64,000 bases of DNA. Source: an uncultured Armatimonadetes bacterium (GTDB lineage: Bacteria; Armatimonadota; UBA5829; DTJY01). Positions 1-8,878 of this stretch are shown one piece after another. The DNA lies in contig OY970325.1 of NCBI GenBank assembly GCA_963717145.1, positions 448,001 through 512,000 on the forward strand, read 5' to 3'. Position 1 is the first letter of the stretch. Each line of letters opens with the position of its first letter. The translations under genes were made by a program, and so were the position numbers. The notes beneath the pieces were generated by a model that was given only the letters and a program-made list of their open reading frames with translations, was not told where the DNA came from and ran no database searches.

Positions 1-899
1 ATGGCCGTCCTGTACAACAATGCCATCCCTGTGTTCGTAGACTTGGACAATGTAACCCACAATATGGACCCCGACGGCATCGAGGCGGCGATCACCGAAC
101 GAACGAAGGCGATCATCTGCACCCACGCATGGGGCTGCCCGCCGAGATGGACCGCATCGTCGAGATCGGGCACCGTCACGGCCTGCTCGTGATCGAGGAC
201 TGCGCGGAGTCGCTGCTCGCCGACTATAAGGGGCGGTACACCGGCGCTTGGGGCGATGCCGGATGCTTCAGCTTCCAGGCGAGCAAGCAGCTCTCCCTCG
301 GCGACGGCGGGATGGCGACGGCGATCAACGAGAGTCTGCGCGACAAGATCGCCTCGCAGGCCGGCGCGCCCACCTTCAAGTCGGTCGCCTACGATCTCGA
401 CTACAACTACCGGATGAACGAGCCGACCGCCGCCGTGGGGCTCGCTCAACTCGAAGTCATGCCCGCGTTCATCGAGAAGCTCAAGGCAAACGCCCGCCAC
501 TACGACGACGCGGTGGCGGGCTGCCCGTGGATCGTCCTCCAGCGTGGACCGGAGGGTGCGAACCACTCGTTCTACCACTGGGCGGCGACGTTCCAGGGTG
601 ATGATGGGGAGCTGGCCGAGTTCAAGAAGGCGATCGAGTCTGCCGGCTTCGAGTCGGTCTCGGTCGGCTACACGGGCAAACCGGCGTACAAGCACCCCGT
701 GGTCGAGGAGCGTCGGGCGCATGCGTTCCACTGCCCGGAGAACGCCGGCCACTCCGGGCGGTATGAGGAAGGCACGTGTCCGGTCGCCGAGCGCATCATC
801 GCGCGCCTGCTCCTTGCCTTTGTCGTCGAGCCCGAGGAGACGGCCAAGCGCGAGGCCGAGAAGCTGCACCATGTGATCCGGCAGGTTCAGGGAGGATGA
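1..899 (+). CDS. DegT/DnrJ/EryC1/StrS-family PLP-dependent aminotransferase (5'-truncated by window; frameshift near 130)
   Basis: ORF 1..192 (PVFVD...[11 protein letters not shown]) and ORF 129..899 ([35 protein letters not shown]) are consecutive parts of one protein; one extra G in TGGGG at 130-134 restores HAWGLPAEMD. Confidence 0.88.
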   Translation, partial: GRPVQQCHPCVRRLGQCNPQYGPRRHRGGDHRTNEGDHLHPRMGLPAEMDRIVEIGHRHGLLVIEDCAESLLADYKGRYTGAWGDAGCFSFQASKQLSLGDGGMATAINESLRDKIASQAGAPTFKSVAYDLDYNYRMNEPTAAVGLAQLEVMPAFIEKLKANARHYDDAVAGCPWIVLQRGPEGANHSFYHWAATFQGDDGELAEFKKAIESAGFESVSVGYTGKPAYKHPVVEERRAHAFHCPENAGHSGRYEEGTCPVAERIIARLLLAFVVEPEETAKREAEKLHHVIRQVQGG

Positions 900-972
900 T
901 GGAGAGTGTGGGAGTGTGGGAGACGGAGTCCGCCCACTCCCATACCCCCACACTCCCATACTCCCATACTCC
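900..972. repeat. Intergenic inverted cluster of 8-bp repeats (GTGTGGGA / CTCCCATA)
   Basis: gagtgtgggagtgtgggag ... ctcccatacccccacactcccatactcccatactcc; same family at 12128-12215 and 30292-30320. Confidence 0.75.
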
Positions 973-989
973 GCGAAAGGGAGGCTGAC

Positions 990-1724
990 ATGAAGATAAT
1001 CGACGCCCATTGCCACGTGGGCTCGGGCGTGACCTGCTCGCAATCGGCGGATGACCTCCTTCGGCAGATGGACCGCCATAAGGTCGATTCGGCCGTCATC
1101 GTGCCGATGGACAGGTACATCGCCGTGCTCAACCGCGAGGGGAACGAGCGGACCCTCAGCACTGCGAAAAAGCATTCGAAGCGCTTCATCCCGTTCGCGA
1201 CGGTGAACCCATGGTACGGCGAACAGGCGGTGAGCGAACTGAGCCGGTGCTTCAATCTCGGCGCGGTCGGGCTGAAGCTTCACCCGGAGATCCAGGGCTT
1301 TCAGATCACCGACGCCATCGTCTTCCCGGTCGTAGAGTACGCGGTCGAGCAGGGGATGCCGATCTACTTCCATACCGGGACGGCCGTCAGTTCCTCGCCG
1401 TTCCAGCTTACCGAACTGGCGATGAGGTATCCCGAGGGGACGTTCATCATGGGGCACGCGGCCTATGCCGACTACTGGAACGATGTCGCCTCAGCCGTCA
1501 AAGCCGTGCCGAACGTCTACGTCGAGACCTCCCAACACCTGCCCGTCTTCATCCGCGCCTTGGTGAAGGAGGTCGGCGCCGACCGGGTCGTTTACGGCTC
1601 GGACTCCCCGAAAGCCGACATGGGGATCGAGATCGAGAAGATCACCCGCTACATCACCGATGCCGACGACTTGGAACGCATCTTCCGCAAGAATCTCTTC
1701 AGGATATTGGGAGGCAAGCGATGA
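990..1724 (+). CDS. Amidohydrolase family protein (Amidohydro_2-like)
   Basis: IIDAHCH, GLKLHP, FHTG, MGHA, YGSDSP motifs; GGGAGG RBS upstream of ATG 990. Confidence 0.88.
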   Translation: MKIIDAHCHVGSGVTCSQSADDLLRQMDRHKVDSAVIVPMDRYIAVLNREGNERTLSTAKKHSKRFIPFATVNPWYGEQAVSELSRCFNLGAVGLKLHPEIQGFQITDAIVFPVVEYAVEQGMPIYFHTGTAVSSSPFQLTELAMRYPEGTFIMGHAAYADYWNDVASAVKAVPNVYVETSQHLPVFIRALVKEVGADRVVYGSDSPKADMGIEIEKITRYITDADDLERIFRKNLFRILGGKR

Positions 1725-2575
1725 ACACGATCGACTTCCACTGCCACTACGGGAACTGGGGTGGGGGACCATACCCCAAGGGCTCGCAGAAGAAGATGCT
1801 CGACCTGCTCGCGAAGCACGATGTCCACATCGCGCTGATCACCCCTCTGAACAGCCTGTTCTCCGCCTGCCCGAACCCCACCCCAGCCCTCCCCGCTACG
1901 GGGAGGGAGCACGGCGGGCAACTCCCTCCCCGTAGCGGGGAGGGCTGGGGTGGGGTTCGGGACGCTGTCGCGCAGGAGAACGACCGGATCTTCGAGTTCT
2001 GCAGCCAGTCGCCCGATCGGCTCTTCCCCGCGATCGCCGTCAACCCGCTGGCGGGGAAGGCCGCGCTCGATGAGATACGTCGCTGCAAGACCGAGCACGA
2101 CGTGAAGGTGCTGAAGCTCCATCCCTGGCTTCAGGGATTCCCGATCGCGACGCCCGAGATGGATGCGGTCGCGGCCCTCTGCCAGAAGCTCGGGATCGCG
2201 ATCATGTTCCACGACGGCACGCCGATGTACACGCATCCCCTGCAGCTCGCCCGACTCTGCCGCGACTTCCCCGGGCTGACGGTGGTCTCCGGCCATGCGG
2301 GACTCAGCGACCTGTGGCGGGAGGCGATGCTGGCCGCTCAGAGGTATCCCAACTTCATCCTCTGCCTCTGCGGACCGCGCGAGGCCGGGATGCAGGAGAT
2401 CATCGACTCGGTCCCGCCCGAGCAGATATGCGTCGGCTCGGACTTCTTCGCTTCCAACGACGACGATTGCGTCATCTGGTTCCGCTGGGCGAGCTTCCGC
2501 GCGGTAGAGATGCCGGAAGAGACAAGGCGAATTATTGAGTATGAGACGCCTGCGAGGCTAATGGGCTTGGGCTGA
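1721..2575 (+). CDS. Amidohydrolase family protein with in-frame palindromic insertion
   Basis: IDFHCH, LKLHP, FHDG, SGHAG, VGSDF; ATGA overlap with the previous stop. Confidence 0.85.
   Translation: MNTIDFHCHYGNWGGGPYPKGSQKKMLDLLAKHDVHIALITPLNSLFSACPNPTPALPATGREHGGQLPPRSGEGWGGVRDAVAQENDRIFEFCSQSPDRLFPAIAVNPLAGKAALDEIRRCKTEHDVKVLKLHPWLQGFPIATPEMDAVAALCQKLGIAIMFHDGTPMYTHPLQLARLCRDFPGLTVVSGHAGLSDLWREAMLAAQRYPNFILCLCGPREAGMQEIIDSVPPEQICVGSDFFASNDDDCVIWFRWASFRAVEMPEETRRIIEYETPARLMGLG
1870..1961. repeat. Perfect 40-bp inverted repeat (REP/RPE-like) inside coding sequence
   Basis: 1870-1909 is the exact reverse complement of 1922-1961. Confidence 0.92.
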
Positions 2576-2604
2576 TTGAGCATCCGTGAGGAGAAGGGAT
2601 TCCA

Positions 2605-2838
2605 GTGGAGACGACGACAATATACATTCAGTTGCTGGAGGAAGGCACTGTCTGCTATCGTCCGACGGAGGGCGAGAGGCTTCAGGGCGGTTCGTATCGA
2701 GTGCTTCCCACTGAGAACTACGACCCGGAGGATGAAGTCTGGGAGTTTCCCCCGGGGTCGGTTGTGCGTGTGGAGGTCAAAACTCTACGCGATAGCTCGC
2801 CACATGACTGCCTGGTGGCCATAGAGATGGCAAGCTGA
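2605..2838 (+). CDS. Small acidic hypothetical protein
   Basis: 77 aa ORF (IYIQLLEEGTVCYRPT...EVWEFPPGSVVRV) co-oriented between operon genes. Confidence 0.6.
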   Translation: METTTIYIQLLEEGTVCYRPTEGERLQGGSYRVLPTENYDPEDEVWEFPPGSVVRVEVKTLRDSSPHDCLVAIEMAS

Positions 2839-2901
2839 GGAGTTCCTGCACTTGCACCGCAACGGGATGAAGGGCGTTCGCTACCAGTAACGGAGGTTTC
2901 C

Positions 2902-3966
2902 ATGTCACAGATCAACATTGGTGTCATCGGCTACGGAATACGAAGCGGCGGACTGATCGGGGCGCTCGGCGCGTTCCCGTACGCCAACCTCGTCGCGATC
3001 GCCGACGTGAATCCCACGGCCAGAGGGAAGGCGGCAAAGGACCACCCCGGCGTCGCCGTGTTCGACGACTACCGGGCGATGCTCGACTCCGGCAAGGTCG
3101 AGGCCGTCATGGTGGAGTCGCCTCCCCACACCCACGCCGCGTGTGCCATCGAGGCGCTGAGTCGCGGCATCCACGTCCTGAGCGACGTGCCCGCCGTCCA
3201 CACCATCGAGGAGGACGACATGCTCTGGGCCGCCGGGCAGAGGAGCAAGGCGGTCTACTCCTTCGGCGCGACCACCAACTACTGGGCCTACGTCGACGCC
3301 TGCCTCGACATGAAGCGGAAGGGCCTGCTCGGCGATCCCTTCTACCTCGAGGCGGAGTACGTCGCGGACCTCGGCAACCTGCCCGAGATCACCCCCTGGC
3401 GCAAGCACTACGAGCCGATCCGCTACTGCACCCATTCGCTCGGACCGCTGCTGAAGTGGATCGATGAGGACCTCGCGGAGGTCTCCTGCTTCTCCACCGG
3501 CAGCCACATCCGCCACGACCCGAAGGAGGACGACGCCATGGTCGCCATCTTCCGCACGAAGTCGGGCGTCGTCGTCAAGCTGCTCACCTGCTTCGTCAAC
3601 AAGCACCCGATCCCATTCCACCGATACGTCTGCCACGGGACGAAGGGCTACTTCGAGAAGACCCAGCCGCTCCTTGGCGGAGAGTGCCAGGCCCTCTGGT
3701 CGACGGAGGCCGTCTACGGGATGCGCGGGCTGATGAACGTCCCGGTGACGGAGACGCGGCCCGAGCACGCGCACGATGTCGGGGTAGGGGGACACGGCGG
3801 CGCGGACGGGTTGATGGTCAAGGACTTCCTCGACTCGATCGCCGGCGACAAGCAGCCCGAGGTCAACATGCGCGAGGCCCTCCGCATGACCCTCCCCGGC
3901 CTCTTCGCCCTCCAGTCATCCCAGGCAGGGGGCGAGTTGACGAGGATATCCTATCCCTGGGAGTGA
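2902..3966 (+). CDS. Gfo/Idh/MocA family oxidoreductase
   Basis: N-terminal IGVIGYG Rossmann motif, HVLSDVP, YCTHSLGP, GGHGGAD; GGAGG RBS. Confidence 0.9.
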   Translation: MSQINIGVIGYGIRSGGLIGALGAFPYANLVAIADVNPTARGKAAKDHPGVAVFDDYRAMLDSGKVEAVMVESPPHTHAACAIEALSRGIHVLSDVPAVHTIEEDDMLWAAGQRSKAVYSFGATTNYWAYVDACLDMKRKGLLGDPFYLEAEYVADLGNLPEITPWRKHYEPIRYCTHSLGPLLKWIDEDLAEVSCFSTGSHIRHDPKEDDAMVAIFRTKSGVVVKLLTCFVNKHPIPFHRYVCHGTKGYFEKTQPLLGGECQALWSTEAVYGMRGLMNVPVTETRPEHAHDVGVGGHGGADGLMVKDFLDSIAGDKQPEVNMREALRMTLPGLFALQSSQAGGELTRISYPWE

Positions 3967-4001
3967 CCGCCGGGTCGTACCCCAACTCGTAATTGTACTC
4001 G
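3883..4001 (+). repeat. Direct repeat copy 1: 3' end of the oxidoreductase gene plus trailer
   Basis: Encodes RMTLPGLFALQSSQAGGELTRISYPWE*; similar to 5008-5093 and 5424-5547. Confidence 0.92.
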
Positions 4002-4050
4002 TACACGGAACGACGGGCGTATTCGCAGAGAGACCGGGGGAGATACCATC

Positions 4051-4840
4051 TTGAGCAACGCAACGTTCATTGCATACGTAGATGAATCCGGCGACGAAGG
4101 ATTCAGGCAGGTTTCAGGCGCATCCCAGTGGTTTGTACTGTCCGCTGTTGTGCTGAAGCGCGCCAACGACCTGAGGGAATGCAAGTTGGTGGACGCCGTT
4201 AGAAGCGGGATCAATGCTCAGCGGCAGCCTGAACACCGCATGCCTCCGAGGAAACCTCTGCACTTCCGTGATCTCGGTCATGACCAGCGGAGGTTCTATT
4301 GCGATCATATCGGCCGAGCCGATCTCAGGACTATCTCCGTCCTGGTCAACAAACATGACATTGCATCCCCGGAGAACTTCACGGAGGAGTCGAGGCTCTA
4401 CTTCTACACAACCCGGCTACTGCTGGAGTGAATCTCCTGGTATTGCCGGGACCACAAGACTATCCACGATCTCGGAGATGGATCGGTGAAGGTGGTCTTC
4501 TCGAACAGGGCGACCATGAACTACAAAGCTCTGCAACAGTATCTGGAGTACCTCGATACGAACCGTGCGGCGCTCGGTTACCGGGCCGCACCGGAGATCA
4601 TCCGACCTGATCAGATATCATCCTTCACCGCTGGGAAACGAGATAGCCGACGCGGTTGCCTGCAGTTACTTCAAGGCAGTGGAGGCAAACGCCTTCGGCT
4701 TCACAGAGGAATCGTACGCAAAGTCTATCGTCGCCAGGGCATATAGACATAATGGCGAACTCTGGGGCTACGGTCTCAAGGTCATGCCCAGGGAGACTGA
4801 GGAGAAACGGCGTGCAGGAGGGATACTACAGGGCTGGTAG
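4051..4840 (+). pseudogene. DUF3800-family (RNase H-like fold) protein, disrupted
   Basis: YVDESGD at N-terminus and IADAVA near C-terminus; in-frame TGA at 4429-4431 (LLLE*ISWY) and frameshift near 4640. Confidence 0.8.
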
Positions 4841-4852
4841 CGGCTGAGGAGG

Positions 4853-4946
4853 CAAAAAAATAGCAGGTCCCGGGTCGTAGGATCCCACCGACCAGCGGCT
4901 GCCGCCCGTAAGGGCGACCTACGAGAGTCCCCGCGCATACCTGCAT
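4853..4946 (-). ncRNA. Putative DUF3800-associated structured small RNA (~90 nt), convergent with the gene
   Basis: Nested stems GCAGGT/ACCTGC and TCGTAGG/CCTACGA, hairpin GCCC-GTAA-GGGC, U7 tract at the minus-strand 3' end, promoter just upstream. Confidence 0.65.
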
Positions 4947-4950
4947 ACAC

Positions 4951-4979
4951 ATTGTACCATTGCGTAACGCACTTTGCAA
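4951..4979 (-). promoter_or_regulatory. Sigma70-type promoter for the putative small RNA
   Basis: Minus strand TTGCAA (4979-4974), 17 bp spacer, TG-g-TACAAT (4956-4951). Confidence 0.65.
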
Positions 4980-5007
4980 CACTTTTTGTAATCTTTTGCG
5001 TTACGAA

Positions 5008-5093
5008 CGCATGACGCTCCCCGGCCTCTTCGCCCTCCAGTCATCCCAGTCCGGCGGGCAGTTGACGAAGATCACCCATCCCTGGGAGTGACC
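5008..5093 (+). repeat. Direct repeat copy 2: orphan oxidoreductase 3' end
   Basis: Encodes RMTLPGLFALQSSQSGGQLTKITHPWE*. Confidence 0.92.
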
Positions 5094-5102
5094 CGTCGGC
5101 GG

Positions 5103-5131
5103 GTGACTTTGCGCAGACATTGAGGTATAAT
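5103..5131 (+). promoter_or_regulatory. Sigma70-type promoter of the DUF433 cassette
   Basis: GTGACT-17 bp-TATAAT; shares ACATTGAGGTATAATG with 25025-25040. Confidence 0.65.
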
Positions 5132-5147
5132 GCCCGTGGAGGCTGAC

Positions 5148-5369
5148 ATGAAGCTCGACCGCATAACATTTCACCCCAATATCCTCGGCGGCAAGGCGTG
5201 CATCCGGGGAATGCGCATCTCCGCGTCCCTGGTGGTGAACCTCGTCGCGAACGGCATGACCCGCCCGGAGATACTCGAGGCCTATCCCGATCTCGAAGAC
5301 GAGGACATAACCCAGGCGCTCAAGTACGCCGCCTGGACTGCCGGCGATCTTGTGACCGAGGCGGCATAG
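5148..5369 (+). CDS. DUF433-family antitoxin
   Basis: RITFHPNILGGKACIRGMRISASLVV...EILEAYPDLEDEDITQALKYAA is the typical DUF433 signature. Confidence 0.88.
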   Translation: MKLDRITFHPNILGGKACIRGMRISASLVVNLVANGMTRPEILEAYPDLEDEDITQALKYAAWTAGDLVTEAA

Positions 5370-5371
5370 TG

Positions 5372-5422
5372 ATGCCCTTGCGCTTCCTGGCAGACATGGG
5401 GATCTCCACGACGACCCGCTAG
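5372..5422 (+). pseudogene. N-terminal remnant of a DUF5615 (PIN-like) toxin
   Basis: MPLRFLADMGIST* directly after DUF433; ends where repeat copy 3 begins. Confidence 0.65.
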
Positions 5423-5423
5423 T

Positions 5424-5547
5424 CCCTCCGCATGACGCTCCCCGGCCTCTTCGCCCACCGGTCATCGAAGGCAGGAGGAGAGCTGACGAAGATCACCTAT
5501 CCCTGGGAGTGACCGCCGGGTCGTACCCCAACTCGTAATCGTACTCG
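5424..5547 (+). repeat. Direct repeat copy 3: orphan oxidoreductase 3' end plus trailer
   Basis: Encodes RMTLPGLFAHRSSKAGGELTKITYPWE*, followed by the same ~35-bp trailer as copy 1. Confidence 0.92.
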
Positions 5548-5688
5548 GAGCGATGGGGGTATCCTCGGGGGGGTTGCACTTCCTCCTGCGTGCCCGAACC
5601 CAAGCAGGAAAGCATCCTCTCAGTATATAATCCATATAAGAGCAAGGAACACAGATGCGAGTTACCCCACCGCCCAGAGGAGCCGCTC

Positions 5689-7980
5689 ATGCCAATACTG
5701 ACCGAACAGGAACAGCAGGAAGTCATCCGCTACATCGAGGCCGGGAAGCCCCTGCCGGATAAGTACCGCTTCCTGCTGTTCGAGGAGAAGCGCGAGGTCG
5801 AACTCGTCTGGAACGGGAAGACCGGCGAGGTTACCAACGTTGTCCTGCCGTTTCAGGTGATCGAGCAGGTAGATGAACCCCGCGCTGAGAAGCCGGAGGA
5901 TACCTCCCTCCAACTCGGCATGTTCGACACTCGCGGTCGGCAGAAGAAGGGCTGGACCAACAAGCTTATCTGGGGCGACAACAAGCTGATCCTCTCCAGC
6001 CTGAAGAACGGTCCCCTGCGCGAGGAGATCGAGAAGCAGGGCGGACTCAAGCTGATCTACATCGACCCGCCGTTCGACGTAGGCGCGGACTTCTCGATGG
6101 ATATCGAGATCGGCGGCGACACCTTCACCAAGAAGCCGAACATCCTGGAGGAGATCGCCTACCGTGATACTTGGGGCAAGGGCGCGGATTCCTTCATCGC
6201 CATGATCTATGAGCGGCTCATGCTCATGCGCGATCTCTTGGCGGACGATGGAAGCATCTACGTGCACTGCGATTGGCGAGTGAATAGTCACATGAGATTT
6301 GTGCTCGATGAGATATTTGGGACAGATACCCAGATAAACGAGCTTATCTGGCAACGATCGAACCCTCACAACGATACAAAGCGGTATGGATGCATTCATG
6401 ACACCATCTTTGTGTATTCCAGGAGTGCGGATTACATCTTCCAGACTCAGTTCACTCCTCCTTCGGAGTCATACATCCGGAGTCACTTCACCCAAGAAGA
6501 CGAAGCTGGGCGGAAGTATACGCTCATGCCTCTGATGGCTAGTGGATCCGGACCAGCAAGACGTTTTGGAGACAAGACGTTGACTCCGCCTCCGGGGACT
6601 CACTGGCGATGGACGCAAGAGCGAATCGACGATGCTATGAACAACGGCATCATTGTTTTCACGAGTGGCGGCACTCCAAGATACAAATTCTATGCGGATC
6701 AGTCTAAGGGAAGGCCCCTGCAGTCAGTATGGAGTGATCTAGTTCCTATCAACTCCCAATCGGCAGAAAGATTGGACTACCCCACGCAGAAACCGGAAAC
6801 TCTGCTGGATCGGATCATCAGAGCATCGTCCAACGAGGGCGATCTTGTGGCCGACTTCTTCTGCGGGTCCGGCACTACCGCCGCTGTTGCCGAAAAGCTC
6901 GGGCGGAAGTGGATCGTCACCGACCTCGGCAAGTTCGCCATCCACACGACCCGTAAGCGGATGATCGGCGTTCAGCGCGAACTCAAGAAGGATGGCAAGG
7001 ACTACCGGGCGTTCGAAATCCTCAACCTCGGCAAGTACGAGCGCCAGCACTACATCGGCGTGAACCCCAACCTGCGTGAGGCCGAGCAGCAGAAGCAACT
7101 GGAGGAGAAGGAAGCCGCCTTCCTCGACCTGATTCTCCGCGCCTACCGCGCTGAGAAGATCGACGGATTCAACACCTTCCACGGCAAGAAGGCCGGGCGG
7201 CTCGTGGCGGTCGGCCCGGTGAACCTTCCCGTGACCCGCCTCTTCGTCGAAGAGGTCATCCTGGAGTGCCGCCAGAAGCACATCACCCGCGTGGACATCC
7301 TCAGCTTCGAGTTCGAGATGGGACTCTTCCCGAATGTCCTGGATGAGGCCCGCGCGAAGGGGATAGACATCGCCCCGAAGTATATCCCCGCCGAGGTATT
7401 CGACAAGCGCGCCGTCGAGAAGAACCAGGTCGTGTTCCATGACGTCTCCTTCATCGAAGTTACACCCCATGTGAAGGGAAACACTGTCGCGGTGGAACTG
7501 ACTGATTTCTCCGTGTTCTACTCCCAGGACTCCATCGCCAACGCAGAGGCGACGATCAAGGACAAGAGCAGCAGGATCGTGGTCGAGAAGGGGCAGATCG
7601 TCAAGGTAAGCAAGGACAAGGACGGCATCGTCACCCGCGAAGTCCTCACCAAGGAATGGACCGACTGGATTGACTACTGGGCGGTGGACTTCCAGTTCGA
7701 GAGCAAGCGGGAGATCATCCGCCGAAAGCTGATACCGGCGGAACAGGAGTCGCTCGACGGACTCGAACCGCCGCAGATGGACCTGGCGCAATACGAGGAA
7801 GTCTGGACCGGCGACTACATCTTCGAGAACGAGTGGCAGTCGTTCCGCACGAAGAAGGACCGATCACTGGAACTGACGAGCGTCTACCACGAGTGCACGA
7901 AGGGACGGCGGAAGGTGGCAGTCAAGGTCGTAGATATCTTCGGCAACGACACGATGACGATTGTGGAAGTCAGCGTCTAG
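5689..7980 (+). CDS. mod: Type III restriction-modification methyltransferase subunit
   Basis: LIYIDPPF catalytic motif, YPTQKPE, DFFCGSGTT (beta-class order), C-terminal VKVVDIFGND; upstream of a Res gene. Confidence 0.92.
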   Translation: MPILTEQEQQEVIRYIEAGKPLPDKYRFLLFEEKREVELVWNGKTGEVTNVVLPFQVIEQVDEPRAEKPEDTSLQLGMFDTRGRQKKGWTNKLIWGDNKLILSSLKNGPLREEIEKQGGLKLIYIDPPFDVGADFSMDIEIGGDTFTKKPNILEEIAYRDTWGKGADSFIAMIYERLMLMRDLLADDGSIYVHCDWRVNSHMRFVLDEIFGTDTQINELIWQRSNPHNDTKRYGCIHDTIFVYSRSADYIFQTQFTPPSESYIRSHFTQEDEAGRKYTLMPLMASGSGPARRFGDKTLTPPPGTHWRWTQERIDDAMNNGIIVFTSGGTPRYKFYADQSKGRPLQSVWSDLVPINSQSAERLDYPTQKPETLLDRIIRASSNEGDLVADFFCGSGTTAAVAEKLGRKWIVTDLGKFAIHTTRKRMIGVQRELKKDGKDYRAFEILNLGKYERQHYIGVNPNLREAEQQKQLEEKEAAFLDLILRAYRAEKIDGFNTFHGKKAGRLVAVGPVNLPVTRLFVEEVILECRQKHITRVDILSFEFEMGLFPNVLDEARAKGIDIAPKYIPAEVFDKRAVEKNQVVFHDVSFIEVTPHVKGNTVAVELTDFSVFYSQDSIANAEATIKDKSSRIVVEKGQIVKVSKDKDGIVTREVLTKEWTDWIDYWAVDFQFESKREIIRRKLIPAEQESLDGLEPPQMDLAQYEEVWTGDYIFENEWQSFRTKKDRSLELTSVYHECTKGRRKVAVKVVDIFGNDTMTIVEVSV

Positions 7981-8000
7981 ACCCCTCGAATTCGAGGGGT
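7981..8000. other. Perfect 20-bp palindrome ACCCCTCGAATTCGAGGGGT
   Basis: Directly after the mod stop codon; shares the CGAATTCG core with the palindrome at 8250-8273. Confidence 0.8.
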
Positions 8001-8063
8001 TTGGAATGGACAGAAGACCATGTTGCTGATGTCAGCACAATGGTCGAGTAGAGGGAGGGGCGC

Positions 8064-8878
8064 GTGGCGGAGAAGATACAGGTTCAAGGAACAGAGATAA
8101 CGGTCATATCGCATCCACAGGGGGACTACATATCCCTGACGGATATGTTGAAGGCGAAAGACGGCGATTTCTTCATCTCGGACTGGTTGAGGAATCGCAA
8201 CACGGTCGAGTTTCTTGGCATCTGGGAGAGCGTCCACAACCCGAACTTCAATTATGGCGAATTCGCCGCAATTAGAAGTCAGGCAGGCCTTAACAGCTAC
8301 AAGATCAGCGTCAAGGAGTGGGTTAGCAGGACGCATGCCATAGGCCTGAAAGCAACCGCCGGAAGATATGGAGGCACCTACGCCCACAGGGATATCGCCT
8401 TTGAATTCGGCATGTGGATCAGTCCGGAATTCAAGATCTACCTGATCAAGGAGTTCCAACGGCTCAAGGACCAGGAGTTCAAGCAACTCGGATGGGACAT
8501 CCGCCGCAATCTCGTCAAGATCAACTACCGGATTCACACCGATGCCATCAAAGGGAATTTGATCCCGCCGGAACTCACCCGGCGGCAGATGGACTTGATA
8601 TACGCCTCCGAGGCGGATGTCCTGAACATGGCGCTCTTCGGTATGACGGCCAAGAAGTGGAGGGACAGCCATCCCGGCGAGAAGGGTAATATCCGAGACT
8701 ACGCGAACGTCTCGCAGCTTGTATGCCTCTCCAATCTCGAGAACCTGAACGCCCTCTTCATCAATGAGAAGATCCTCAGCCGGAACGGCTTCGCAAGTTG
8801 AACCAAATCGCGATTCAGCAGATGAAGATCCTATCGGAAGACTTCGGGATCAGGCAACTGGAGGCGGGGGACAAGTAA
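8064..8878 (+). CDS. KilA-N domain DNA-binding protein (frameshift near 8772)
   Basis: DYISLTD, WLRNRNTVEFLGIWE, GRYGGTYAHRDIAFEFGMW; one extra C at ~8772 gives ...PQPERLRKLNQIAIQQMKIL...DK* ending in TAATG overlap with res. Confidence 0.85.

Noticed and set aside
4429-4431. In-frame TGA as selenocysteine or readthrough
   Set aside because: Context suggests Arg (CGA), and the gene has a second lesion downstream
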